Source: a virus (taxonomy: Duplodnaviria; Caudoviricetes). Taken from it: a stretch of 64,000 bases of DNA. The notes under the pieces were generated by a model. The model was not told the origin of the DNA. It searched no databases and was given only the letters and a program-made list of their open reading frames with translations. The translations under genes and the position numbers were made by a program. This document shows positions 45,695 through 54,894 of the stretch, in pieces. The stretch spans positions 2,985-66,984 of the IMG/VR virus record IMGVR_UViG_3300017766_003039. One strand, 5' to 3'. Position 1 is the stretch's first letter. Each line of letters starts with the position of its first letter.

Positions 45695-45785
45695 ATCCTG
45701 ATTATGCTTGGCATATCAGCGGCTTAGCCTTGTTGCACTCTGTAACAATCGCTTTCCCAGCGACCGGACACAATAGCTAGTAGGT

Positions 45786-46328
45786 TTAGGCGTCGTCCTC
45801 CGGTGTCGTAGCCTTGCCTTCTATCACCTTGGCATCGTCGCCCATGCTGCCTGCCACCAGCGACGCTAGGTCGATCCGGCCGGAGTGCTCGACGGTCTTT
45901 GTGTCCTTCCAGTGCTGACTGACTCTGTTACCCAGGATGAACTGCGCCGCTGTCACGTTTGGCGCGTAACGCCTTGTAATATCAGTCTTTATGACCCGCC
46001 CATCGACTACGTTTAGCTTGGTCTCCCGGTGCTTGAAGCCACGCGCGGCCGAGTGCAAGGCGCGAACGACGGCCACAGGTGCATCCACGCGGGCTTTTTG
46101 GACGGCCAGCGCCAGGGAAGGGTGTTCAACCATCCACTTGGCAAAGACGTTTCGTTCAACGCCTAGAAGCTCTGCAATCTCTTCATTTGTGTGACCTAGC
46201 AGGGCATATCCGTTGGCTCGGCGGTCGAATGCCTTGAAGTAACGGCTTTGGACGGTTCCGAGTGCGACGCGGGCCGCGTCTCTCAACTCTTCCTCGACTA
46301 TCTGTCTGGCTTTGGATTTGCCGCCCAT
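45786..46328 (-). CDS. terS: Terminase small subunit (HTH type)
   Basis: LGHTNEEIAELLGV...F.KW...HPSL..A...R......V..AL...A.G....E......PNVTAAQFIL.NR....WKD. Confidence 0.85.
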   Translation of the reverse strand: MGGKSKARQIVEEELRDAARVALGTVQSRYFKAFDRRANGYALLGHTNEEIAELLGVERNVFAKWMVEHPSLALAVQKARVDAPVAVVRALHSAARGFKHRETKLNVVDGRVIKTDITRRYAPNVTAAQFILGNRVSQHWKDTKTVEHSGRIDLASLVAGSMGDDAKVIEGKATTPEDDA

Positions 46329-46334
46329 GTGGGG

Positions 46335-46364
46335 AGGATAGCGGAACGGGGCAGGGCGCGTCTA
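46335..46364 (-). promoter_or_regulatory. Candidate promoter TAGACG-18-TATCCT, 6 nt before the terS ATG (leaderless)
   Basis: Same geometry as the 45461-45490 promoter; no SD before the ATG. Confidence 0.5.
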
Positions 46365-46420
46365 GCGGGGTTAGATGTTCGCCCGGTGGTAGTGGCCGGA
46401 TTGAGCCGAGCTAGCGCCGT

Positions 46421-46675
46421 TTATGCGGGCTCCCCACGCATCAGCGACAGAGGATCGACCACATAGGGCAAGCCGCCCTCAGGCAGGCACAACGCCGAGC
46501 GGCCGTACAAGGCGATATCCTGCAATGCTTGGCGACAGGCTGCATTGTACGCAGCTACCCACGCCTCAGGGGTCGGGCCGACGATAGCGGGCGCGATCTC
46601 AGCCACCGCAGCCGCAGGGATGGCCGCAGCTATCGGCACCAGGGCGACCGATTGAAGGAACGCGCGACGTTTCAT
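46421..46675 (-). CDS. Small protein with twin-arginine (Tat-like) leader
   Basis: MKRRAFLQSVALVPIAAAIPAAAVA. Confidence 0.65.
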   Translation of the reverse strand: MKRRAFLQSVALVPIAAAIPAAAVAEIAPAIVGPTPEAWVAAYNAACRQALQDIALYGRSALCLPEGGLPYVVDPLSLMRGEPA

Positions 46676-46820
46676 GGTGTGACCGTATGCCGCATTGACG
46701 TTGATTTCATTGGCTCTTTTGGCCTGCGTCATCGTGCCACATGTCGGAGCATTAAACAACGTGCGATGGACCGGACACCCGGAAAACCTCCGGGCCGCAA
46801 CCGCTATGGAGCATCACCAA

Positions 46821-48389
46821 ATGACAAAGAGCCAAGAGATAGCAGCCGACATCGCGGCGCTATTGCGCGCCCGTAATCCGTTGCTCTGGATCGTATCCAG
46901 GGAAGAGGCCCGCGCCGAGTCGCACATCTTCGAAGCGGCCGCGAGCGCAGGCTACATCGCCCGAGCTTGGGACGTTGCCCAGGGAGTCACGGACCTCGCC
47001 GGAACCGTTCAGCCTATCGGTTCCGCCGATCCGGCCGACACGCTGCGAGCGATTGCCGAACGCTCCCAGGCCCAGCGGGGCGAACGCGGAGTCTGGATTA
47101 TGCGTGACCTCCCCGTTTGGCTTTCCGGCATCACAGGGGCCGCGACTTGCCGCCAGCTTCGCAATCTGGCGCGCACCCTGCCATCCGCTCCCAGGGAGAG
47201 CGCCCAAGCGGTAATTATCCTCTCACCCACGGCCGACATTCCCCCGGAATTGTCCGGTCATGCCACGGTCATCGAATGGGCAATGCCCGACCGCGAGGAA
47301 ATCGCCGCCATTCTGGACGCCGCTATCGCTGGCCTGCCGGACGACATGAAAGCCACCGCCGCCCCCAATGGCACCAGGGACGCCGCCATTGATGCGGCCG
47401 TGGGACTGTCAGGTGAAGAGGCCGCCGCTTGCTACGCCCGCTCCCTGGTGCAGCTACGCCGCATTGAGCCCGCCACCGTGGCCAAGGAGAAAAAGCGCGT
47501 TATCGCCAGGGAGCGAGTGCTGGAATGGCATGACCCCATCCCCGGCGGCTTGGATGCAGTCGGGGGCTTGGATCAACTCAAGGCATGGCTAGCTAGCCGC
47601 AAAAACGCCTATTCCCCCGCCGCCCGCGAGTATGGGCTGCCCGCCCCCAAAGGCGCACTTCTGGTAGGCATCCCCGGCTGCGGTAAAAGCCTTACCGCGA
47701 AAGCCATCGCAACGGCTTGGGGAATTCCCCTTCTGCGGCTCGACCTCGGCGCGCTCAAATCGAAGTTTGTCGGAGAGAGCGAAGGCAATCTCCGCCGCGC
47801 GTTCAGTGTCGTCAAAGCCCTCGGCCGTTGCGTGCTTTGGGTTGACGAGATCGAAAAGGCACTCGCAGGAGCCACCCAGGGAGGCGCGGACGGTGGCGTA
47901 TCGTCCGACGCCCTCGGCACGCTTCTGTCATGGATGCAGGAGCAGGAAGGCGCTTTTGTCATCGCCACCGCCAACGACGTTAGCAGCCTCCCGCCCGAGC
48001 TACTGCGGAAAGGCCGCTTTGATGAAGTGTTCTGGATCGACCTCCCCACCTACGCCGAGCGCACGGAAATCATGGCCGCCGCCCTCAAGAGCCACGGCCG
48101 CACGGTCGCAGGCATCGACCTTGGAGCCATCGCCGCCAAGTGTGAGGAATTCACGGGCAGCGAAGTTGCCGCCCTCGTTCCCGATGCACTCTATGCAGGC
48201 TTTGCCGACAACGGCCGAGCCATCACCACGGCCGACCTAATGGCAGCGGCCGCGACGGTCACGCCGCTCGCCAAGACCGCCGCCGAGAAAATCACCAAGC
48301 TTCGGCAATGGGCAGTCGGCCGCGCCCGCTCAGCTACCACCAGCGACGCGGCATCCGGTCGCAGCGCAGCCCGCCAACTTGATCTGTAG
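46821..48389 (+). CDS. AAA+ ATPase (Ycf46-like; degenerate N-terminal plus active C-terminal AAA domain)
   Basis: GIPGCGKSL Walker A, VLWVDEIEK Walker B, ATAN sensor-1, LLRKGRFDE arginine finger. Confidence 0.93.
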   Translation: MTKSQEIAADIAALLRARNPLLWIVSREEARAESHIFEAAASAGYIARAWDVAQGVTDLAGTVQPIGSADPADTLRAIAERSQAQRGERGVWIMRDLPVWLSGITGAATCRQLRNLARTLPSAPRESAQAVIILSPTADIPPELSGHATVIEWAMPDREEIAAILDAAIAGLPDDMKATAAPNGTRDAAIDAAVGLSGEEAAACYARSLVQLRRIEPATVAKEKKRVIARERVLEWHDPIPGGLDAVGGLDQLKAWLASRKNAYSPAAREYGLPAPKGALLVGIPGCGKSLTAKAIATAWGIPLLRLDLGALKSKFVGESEGNLRRAFSVVKALGRCVLWVDEIEKALAGATQGGADGGVSSDALGTLLSWMQEQEGAFVIATANDVSSLPPELLRKGRFDEVFWIDLPTYAERTEIMAAALKSHGRTVAGIDLGAIAAKCEEFTGSEVAALVPDALYAGFADNGRAITTADLMAAAATVTPLAKTAAEKITKLRQWAVGRARSATTSDAASGRSAARQLDL

Positions 48390-48398
48390 ATATTGAGG

Positions 48399-48426
48399 AC
48401 TGGCGACCGGGCAACCGGCCGCCTTT
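48399..48426 (+). repeat. Conserved intergenic hairpin, copy 1 (ACTGGCGAC...GCCGCCTTT)
   Basis: GGCGACCGG GCAA CCGGCCGCC stem with an A.C mismatch; second copy at 49325. Confidence 0.7.
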
Positions 48427-48466
48427 CCCCAGCAAATACAGGCTGGACAACAGAAGGGACAACATC

Positions 48467-49312
48467 ATGCGAGTTAGCACCATCCGCCCCGGACTCCTCG
48501 TGTCGCTCAGCACTCGAGTCGTGGGCAACGTCGAATACTACAAGCGCGACCTTCAGACCGCCCACGAGACCACGGACGGCAAGGTCAAGGCATCGTGGGA
48601 GACGGAAAAAACGATCAACGACCCGGCGGAATTCGAGGCCGCCACCAAGGTCAGAGGCAAGGCGCGCAGCCTCATCACTTCGCTCTGTGCGGCGTCATCG
48701 TTCGGCCTGCTCTGCCCCCAGGACCAAGGCGACAAACTCGCCGCCGCCATCACCGAAGCCCAGGCACTCGCGGACACGTTCAACGCTACGGCCAGCCTCA
48801 CCCGCGTGCAGGTGTACGTCATCGCAGGCCGCATCGCCGCCGATGATGTGGAGGCAATGCGCGCGATCAATTCCGAAGTGACCGACCTCCTCAACCGGAT
48901 GGAGTCCGGCGTCCGCTCGCTGGACGTTGACGCGATCCGCGAGGCCGCCACCAAGGCAAAGGCACTCGGCAGCATGATTACCCCCGCCGCATCCGAGCGC
49001 CTTGAACGCGCGATCGCCACGGCCCGCAGCGCCGCCCGGCAGATCGTGAAGGCTGGCGAGGCCGCCGCCATCGAAATCGACTCGCGTGCCATCCGCGCCA
49101 TCACCGAGTCGCGGACCGCCTTTCTCGACCTCACCGACGCGGCGCCCGTGGCCGCTCCCATCGTGACCGGCCGCGCCCTCGACTTGACCGAGGAGCCGAC
49201 CGAGCTTCGCCCCGATCCGACCAACCCGCGAATCGACCTCGACATGGACGACGAGCCGGAACGCCTCGCAGCGGCACCGGCCGCCACCATCCCGCAGCTT
49301 GAATTGATCTAG
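48467..49312 (+). CDS. Helical partner protein of the AAA module (DUF3150-like context)
   Basis: Directly follows the AAA gene; coiled-coil-rich; ends RALDL...RIDL...QLELI. Confidence 0.75.
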   Translation: MRVSTIRPGLLVSLSTRVVGNVEYYKRDLQTAHETTDGKVKASWETEKTINDPAEFEAATKVRGKARSLITSLCAASSFGLLCPQDQGDKLAAAITEAQALADTFNATASLTRVQVYVIAGRIAADDVEAMRAINSEVTDLLNRMESGVRSLDVDAIREAATKAKALGSMITPAASERLERAIATARSAARQIVKAGEAAAIEIDSRAIRAITESRTAFLDLTDAAPVAAPIVTGRALDLTEEPTELRPDPTNPRIDLDMDDEPERLAAAPAATIPQLELI

Positions 49313-49324
49313 TCGAGATTGACC

Positions 49325-49354
49325 ACTGGCGACGGGTTACACCCCGCCGCCTTT
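49325..49354 (+). repeat. Conserved intergenic hairpin, copy 2
   Basis: GGCGACGGG TTACAC CCCGCCGCC then TTT; same A.C mismatch. Confidence 0.7.
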
Positions 49355-49393
49355 GGCCAGCCAAGATCGCTGGACACCACAGGAGCCGAGACC

Positions 49394-49582
49394 ATGACAC
49401 ACCCCGACCCACTCACCCAAGGCGCCCAGGACTGCCGAGCGAACAACATGGACCGCGCCTTTGCCTTCGAAGGTCACGACCGCGCGAGCTATCGCATGGG
49501 ATGGGACCGCGCCTTTGCGCTGGCCTGCCAGCGGACAGACGTTGCCGAGATCATGCCGCACCACTTCACCCAGGAAGGCTAA
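49394..49582 (+). CDS. Small protein (Rmf/CrpP-like G..D...Y..GW pattern)
   Basis: RBS AGGAG; QGAQDC...SYRMGWDRA. Confidence 0.6.
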   Translation: MTHPDPLTQGAQDCRANNMDRAFAFEGHDRASYRMGWDRAFALACQRTDVAEIMPHHFTQEG

Positions 49583-49586
49583 GCCC

Positions 49587-49943
49587 ATGCCCTGCGATAC
49601 CAAGCTAAAGACCGGCCAGACCATCACCCAGCGCAAGGAGGAGATCACCCGCGCCGTGGCCAAGGTCACAGCCGGACTCGTCAATGGCTCGATCCGCGTG
49701 AAACTCAGCCCGCAAGGCGCCATCGCCTTTGACGGCCTCACCGAGCAGGACCGGAACAACGTGACGGACGCTTGCATGTACCGCCGACTCATGGCCACGG
49801 GCTCCCCGCTGGCCAAGGCGAAGATTGCAGCCGCAGAAGCCCTGTTAGGGCGCAGCGTCAATAGGCAAGTAGTGGCGAGCGGGTTACATTCCCATGATGG
49901 CGGAAAGACATGGGGAACGCATGACCACAAACACCACCACTGA
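49587..49943 (+). CDS. Small conserved protein of the AAA module with His-rich tail
   Basis: MPCDT...DRNNVTDACMYRRL...HSHDGGKTWGTHDHKHH. Confidence 0.75.
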   Translation: MPCDTKLKTGQTITQRKEEITRAVAKVTAGLVNGSIRVKLSPQGAIAFDGLTEQDRNNVTDACMYRRLMATGSPLAKAKIAAAEALLGRSVNRQVVASGLHSHDGGKTWGTHDHKHHH

Positions 49944-50559
49944 AACGATGGAATGCAAAGCGTGCGGGGTTACAAAGCCCCGCACCGGAGAGTTTTGGGA
50001 AATGGGAAGCGCCGGCACATTTAGACGAAAATGCAAAGCGTGCCGACGCGAGCAGAACCGCGCCGCGCGCCGCGCCAATCCCGAACGCAACCGAGAAGCC
50101 GCGCGCCGCTGGCGTGAACAGAACCCCGACTATATGCCGGGCTACACCAAAGCCAACCGCGAGCACATCACCAGCAAAGAGCTAGAGCGCCGCCGCGCAG
50201 ACCCCGAATACAACGCGCGACACCTTGCGGCAGCCCGCGCCTATCGCGCCCGCAATCGTGACCGCATCAACGCCAACCGCAGCCAGAGTCGATTGATAGG
50301 CGGACTCATCACGCCAGCCGAATATGCCGCCCTACTGGCCAAGCAAAAAGGCGCTTGCGCTATTTGCAAAGACCTACCCGAAGCACGCCCAGCACCAGGA
50401 CACACACGGCGCCGGGCATTATGCGTCGATCACTGCCACCAGACCAACCGAGTCCGGGGTCTCCTATGTCACCCGTGCAACGTCGCGCCTGGACTTTTCA
50501 AAGACAACCCGCAGCACCTTAAAACCGCCGCCAAATACCTAACAACCCGCACATTCTAA
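49921..50559 (+). CDS. Endonuclease VII-type HNH nuclease with N-terminal zinc ribbon (likely homing endonuclease)
   Basis: CKACG...CKAC; QKGACAICK...LCVDHCHQTNRVRGLLCHPCN..G.FKDNP. Confidence 0.9.
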   Translation: MTTNTTTETMECKACGVTKPRTGEFWEMGSAGTFRRKCKACRREQNRAARRANPERNREAARRWREQNPDYMPGYTKANREHITSKELERRRADPEYNARHLAAARAYRARNRDRINANRSQSRLIGGLITPAEYAALLAKQKGACAICKDLPEARPAPGHTRRRALCVDHCHQTNRVRGLLCHPCNVAPGLFKDNPQHLKTAAKYLTTRTF

Positions 50560-50624
50560 GCCCCTGCGACAATTCGCGCAGGGACCGGCGCCCAAGATCG
50601 GCAGAAGATCGCACCATCTAACGA

Positions 50625-50639
50625 GCGGCACACTGTAAG
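50625..50639 (+). repeat. 15-bp intergenic motif GCGGCACACTGTAAG, copy 1
   Basis: Identical copies at 51808 and 56259. Confidence 0.85.
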
Positions 50640-50663
50640 CCCGCAGATCAGGAGACACCGCCA

Positions 50664-50927
50664 ATGACACGCAAGCAGGAATTGCAACAGACCATCAGCC
50701 GACTCGTGGGGAAAGCCTACGACCAGGGCGAGCAGGCCGCGAAGGCTGGCAAGGATCGCCACACCGGCAACCCCTACGAACCCGCGAATCCCATGCTGGC
50801 CCAGGTCTACCGTATCGGCCACATGGAGCAGGTCGCGCGGATGCACTTTAACCCGCTCATCTCCAACCTTTCCGAGCGCCACGCGGCCGACGCCCGCGCG
50901 ATCCTCGCCACCACCGGCGCCAGCTAA
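50664..50927 (+). CDS. Small protein (Rmf/CrpP-like GNPY pattern)
   Basis: RBS AGGAGA; AYDQGEQAAKAG...GNPY. Confidence 0.7.
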   Translation: MTRKQELQQTISRLVGKAYDQGEQAAKAGKDRHTGNPYEPANPMLAQVYRIGHMEQVARMHFNPLISNLSERHAADARAILATTGAS

Positions 50928-51004
50928 TCCCTTCCCCCTTCACCCCTAGCAGCCCGCCCGGCTTGGAACCCGGCGCGGGCTTTAGGAGTCAGGAGAACCA
51001 GACC

Positions 51005-51346
51005 ATGACGATGCTCGACCAAGCCAACGCCACCACGATCAACCCCGAAGGATTTGCCCGCTGGCAGACGACTCGCGTTTGGGCGGCGGACCTTGTTGTC
51101 GCGGGCATGGGCGATTGCTTCGACGGTAGGCAAATCGGCTACGCTTACGACGGAGGATTCATTGCCGACCAGGGCGAGGGAGCGGAATTCGGCCGCTACT
51201 CCGTCCCCATTGAGTCGGACGAACACACGACCGACGACCTCGCGGAAGCGGAGCGCGTTTTGTTTGCGCTTTGGATTCTCTACCACACGCCCGACTACAC
51301 CCAAGGCGACTATCGCTACCCACCAACAGGGAGACAGGGAACATGA
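51005..51346 (+). CDS. Hypothetical protein
   Basis: RBS AGGAGA. Confidence 0.7.
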   Translation: MTMLDQANATTINPEGFARWQTTRVWAADLVVAGMGDCFDGRQIGYAYDGGFIADQGEGAEFGRYSVPIESDEHTTDDLAEAERVLFALWILYHTPDYTQGDYRYPPTGRQGT

Positions 51347-51804
51347 GCACATCAGGAACGCCGCATATCTACGCACACGGACTGGACGAATCGACATGGC
51401 GCGCGCTGCCCGACCACGAGCGGTGCGACTGCGGCGATTGCACATGGCGTGGCCGGCTGGAGGATACCAACATCATCCGCGACATTCACGAGCGCATGAG
51501 CGAAGGCGATCCAATGGCCGCCGGCGAATGCCCGGAGTGCGGCGCGCTCGCCAATAGCGCAGCGATGCACGCGCAGTGGAAGAAGGAAACCGACCAGATC
51601 GCCGCCGCCCGCGCCATGCTCGCCGCTCTGACTGCCCTGCATTCGTGTCACCGCGCTTTCAGTGGAAACGACAACTGGACCGCGCTGGACGACGAAGCCC
51701 GCGCCGCTACAGAGGCCGCCATCGACCAAGCCGAGGCCGCAGGCATCAAGCCGCCCGAGACCCGCCCCGAGCCTGCGACAATCCACCACATCGACCCCGC
51801 CTAG
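51343..51804 (+). CDS. Zinc-binding hypothetical protein
   Basis: CGDC...GECPECG. Confidence 0.75.
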   Translation: MSTSGTPHIYAHGLDESTWRALPDHERCDCGDCTWRGRLEDTNIIRDIHERMSEGDPMAAGECPECGALANSAAMHAQWKKETDQIAAARAMLAALTALHSCHRAFSGNDNWTALDDEARAATEAAIDQAEAAGIKPPETRPEPATIHHIDPA

Positions 51805-51807
51805 CTG

Positions 51808-51822
51808 GCGGCACACTGTAAG
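51808..51822 (+). repeat. GCGGCACACTGTAAG, copy 2
   Basis: Three nt after the TAG stop of 51343-51804. Confidence 0.85.
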
Positions 51823-51879
51823 TCCCGGCGCAACCGGCAGCGCCCACGAGCCGGACCAATTCACCAGGGAGATTTTACC

Positions 51880-52059
51880 ATGACACTCGACAAGGATCAG
51901 GCAGAGCTAGCCGCGTGCGCCTTGGGCATCGTGGCGACGCGCTGGATGGAAGAGGCGAAAGGCGCCAGCGCCACCCTCGCCCGCTATTACCGGGAAGGCG
52001 CCCAGAACGCCCGCGCCCTCAAAAAGCAGATCGAAGAAAGCCCCACGGTGTCGGCATGA
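51880..52059 (+). CDS. Small hypothetical protein
   Basis: RBS AGGGAG; MTLDKDQAELAAC... Confidence 0.65.
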   Translation: MTLDKDQAELAACALGIVATRWMEEAKGASATLARYYREGAQNARALKKQIEESPTVSA

Positions 52060-52277
52060 CCCCTATCGTTCTCACCATGCAGCCTATCGTGGTCGCGCAG
52101 ATCACCGGGAAAGCGGGCGACCTCACCATGTATTCGCGCGGCAAAGAATACCTCGCCGCCTATCTTCTCAATCCGCGCCGCTGGAATTGCCGCAAGGCCG
52201 GCGACGTTATCCAGTTTCACGAATTGCCCAAGCGGCTGCAACGCGCCGCGCTCGCCTTCGCTAGCTCCATCCCCTGA
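52056..52277 (+). CDS. Small hypothetical protein
   Basis: ATGA-coupled. Confidence 0.6.
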   Translation: MTPIVLTMQPIVVAQITGKAGDLTMYSRGKEYLAAYLLNPRRWNCRKAGDVIQFHELPKRLQRAALAFASSIP

Positions 52278-52376
52278 CATTCCCCCGAGGCGTGACCGGT
52301 CCGGTCCGCCTCCACCGAATGCCAGAAAGCGCGACCGGTAGCGCACACGCCGGAACCATCACAACAGGAGATCACA

Positions 52377-52685
52377 ATGCGAATGGCAACGATCAACGGG
52401 CAACGAGTCCCGCTTTGTGGCGACCAATTCACCGACGCGCAAATCGCCGGCAAGGTGCGGATGCTCTACCGCGACCAGATTGACCATGAGGCGGTTTGCA
52501 CGATGGCCCGCGACCGCATTGTGTGGCTGGCCGAACAGAACGCCGCTCTACTGGCTGCGCTCGATGGGCTCGTTAACAACGGCTTTACCGTCGAAGAACT
52601 CGCGCGCCGTTGGTCTTGGTCGGCCGATGCCATCAAAGAAGCCCGCGCCGCTTTCACCGATGCAACCGCCCAGGTGCAATCGTGA
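52377..52685 (+). CDS. Hypothetical protein
   Basis: RBS AGGAGA. Confidence 0.7.
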   Translation: MRMATINGQRVPLCGDQFTDAQIAGKVRMLYRDQIDHEAVCTMARDRIVWLAEQNAALLAALDGLVNNGFTVEELARRWSWSADAIKEARAAFTDATAQVQS

Positions 52686-53173
52686 GGAGCCGAGCAGCCA
52701 ACGACCGGGAGAACGCCCGCGAGGCAAAGCGCAGGGAACCGAAGGAACGCGCCTACGTTGTCCGCCTCGAATGGGCGAGCAAGATCGCATATTGCGACGT
52801 CGCCGTGATGGCCAGCGATTTGCCCTCAGCCATCACCAAGGCCCACGAGGATTGCGATTACGATTTGCAGGACGATTACGACGACGGCGGGGAAACCTAC
52901 GTCGGCGCCGTGGCCCTCCTGCCCAACATGGAAGCGGCCGAGCAGTGCGCCAACGACCGCAGCTTGTGGGATCACCACCACCTAGCCCTTCCGCGCGACG
53001 CGCAAGACCCGCAGCAGCAGGTTTTCGAGTTGCGTGAGCAGATCGCGTTCCTCCGGGCTGCGCTGGGCAACGCGCACCGCGCACTCGCCCAGACCCGCAC
53101 CGGCACCCTTGAGCCTGTCCAGATCGACAACGAACTGAACAAGGCCGCGTTTGTGCTGGCCAACGTCCACTAG
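52682..53173 (+). CDS. Hypothetical protein
   Basis: GTGA overlap; acidic centre, coiled-coil C-terminus. Confidence 0.7.
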   Translation: MRSRAANDRENAREAKRREPKERAYVVRLEWASKIAYCDVAVMASDLPSAITKAHEDCDYDLQDDYDDGGETYVGAVALLPNMEAAEQCANDRSLWDHHHLALPRDAQDPQQQVFELREQIAFLRAALGNAHRALAQTRTGTLEPVQIDNELNKAAFVLANVH

Positions 53174-53182
53174 GCCGGAGTC

Positions 53183-54682
53183 GTGACAATGGATAGCCTC
53201 GCCTTCGACTTCGACGCGAACGCCCAGACCGAGCCGCAGACCTCCGGCCACGTCATCCCGCGCGCCACCGTCCGCGATATGGTGGCACGCCGGCAAAAGG
53301 CCATCGACCTATTCGGCCGCGCCTATGTCGCCCTCACCGCGGCAGCCGGCGCCCTCACCGAGGCGAAGCTGGCCCACGCGCAGATCGACCAGCGCGCCAG
53401 GGAAGACAGCTATATGAACCTCACACGCGAGGAGGAGCGGCATTTCCTGAAAAGCCTCGACCTCCCGGCCTCAAAGGAATTCACGGAGACGGCGCGCAAG
53501 GTGATCGACCGCCGCATGTGGTCGGTCATCGTGGAACTCACCGACCTCGAAAAGCTGATGGACAAGAAGGCCAAGGACCAATTGCGTCAAAGCCTGATGG
53601 ACAACGTACCGGAGGCGACCGAGGAAAACATCTTCGCCACGTTGCAGACCTTCGCCGGCGACGCGGACCACATCTTTAAGCGCGGCATTGCCAATTGCTT
53701 TATGGCACTGGACCGCCGCTTTCGCAGTCACGACGGCTGGAAGATCGGGAGCCGCGTCATTCTCACCAACGCCTTTAACGAATATGGCGGATGGTCCTAC
53801 AACGGCAACCAGCGCGACACGCTGCACGATATTGACCGCGTGTTTAACGTGCTGGACGGCCGCGACAACCCGAACATGATCGGCGGCATTGTCGGCATCG
53901 TGGATCGCACCCGCCACCAGCGCCCGCGCGCCACCGAGCATGACTCGGACTATTTCAAAGTCCGATGCTTCCAGAACGGCAACGCACATGTCTGGTTCAA
54001 GCGCAAGGATTTGGTGGAGAAGGTCAATCTGCTACTGGGGGAATACTACGGCGCTCCGATCCCGGACCATGAGACGCCCGAGGACGACGGCGGACTCAGC
54101 ACACCCAAGACCAGCCTCGCCAAAAACTATGGCTTCTTTCCCACGCCCGACGCGGCAGCGCAAAGCATGTTTGAGCATGTGCCGCTCTATCGGCAGGACG
54201 AAGGCAAGCCGCCTTACACCGTCCTAGAGCCCAGCGCAGGCACCGGAAACCTTGCCAAGCTCGCCCAGGCCACGGGCGCGATTGTCGATTGTGTGGAGAT
54301 CCAGCCGGCACTGGCAGAGGCGTTGGGCGCCAGAGGCAAATACCGGCACGTTTGGCCGGCTGACTTCCTCACGATGCAGCCGAACCCGGACCGCCTTTAC
54401 GACCGAGTCGTGATGAACCCGCCTTTCGACCGGGAACGCGACATCGACCACGTTATGCACGCGCTGAAGTTCCTGAAGCCCGACGGCTGCCTTGTGGCGA
54501 TCATGTCGGCCGGTACGGAATTCCGGGAAACCCGTAAGTCGATCGCCTTCCGCGCGCTCATGGAAAAGATGGGCGCATGGTGGCGCGACCTCCCCGCCGG
54601 CAGCTTCGCCAGCGTGGGCACCCAAACCAATACGATCATCCTGCGAGTCTGGAATGACTCGCGCACTCAGAGCAGGTGGTAA
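53183..54682 (+). CDS. DUF4942-type N-terminal domain fused to an N6-adenine DNA methyltransferase
   Basis: FKRGIANCF...HDGWKIG.R.I...YF..RCF.NGNAH.WF; then FFPTP, VLEPSAGTG (motif I), VVMNPPF (motif IV). Confidence 0.88.
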   Translation: MTMDSLAFDFDANAQTEPQTSGHVIPRATVRDMVARRQKAIDLFGRAYVALTAAAGALTEAKLAHAQIDQRAREDSYMNLTREEERHFLKSLDLPASKEFTETARKVIDRRMWSVIVELTDLEKLMDKKAKDQLRQSLMDNVPEATEENIFATLQTFAGDADHIFKRGIANCFMALDRRFRSHDGWKIGSRVILTNAFNEYGGWSYNGNQRDTLHDIDRVFNVLDGRDNPNMIGGIVGIVDRTRHQRPRATEHDSDYFKVRCFQNGNAHVWFKRKDLVEKVNLLLGEYYGAPIPDHETPEDDGGLSTPKTSLAKNYGFFPTPDAAAQSMFEHVPLYRQDEGKPPYTVLEPSAGTGNLAKLAQATGAIVDCVEIQPALAEALGARGKYRHVWPADFLTMQPNPDRLYDRVVMNPPFDRERDIDHVMHALKFLKPDGCLVAIMSAGTEFRETRKSIAFRALMEKMGAWWRDLPAGSFASVGTQTNTIILRVWNDSRTQSRW

Positions 54683-54684
54683 CA

Positions 54685-54882
54685 ATGACCAAGACCCTCG
54701 ACATAAGCCCGCGCCTTGCGCTCACGATCCTGGCCGCGCTGGCGATCTACTGTTCCGACTCGCTGGCCGTGGTCTGGTTCGACTTCAACCCGCCGCCGCT
54801 CGCCCCGAGGCTCGACCCCGAGGCGAACGCTTCCGGCTTCACCGTCGGCGCCGGTCCCGCTGGGCCGTCGGGCCGGTTTTAG
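54685..54882 (+). CDS. Small membrane-anchored/exported protein
   Basis: Hydrophobic N-terminal segment. Confidence 0.5.
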   Translation: MTKTLDISPRLALTILAALAIYCSDSLAVVWFDFNPPPLAPRLDPEANASGFTVGAGPAGPSGRF

Positions 54883-54894
54883 GGAGATCGCACA

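Noticed and set aside
6351-46356. KOPS-like GGGCAGGG octamers that might orient FtsK toward the dif-like site
   Set aside because: Only two noticed by eye, with inconsistent polarity (6353 points toward the site, 46349 points away); not evidence without a full count.
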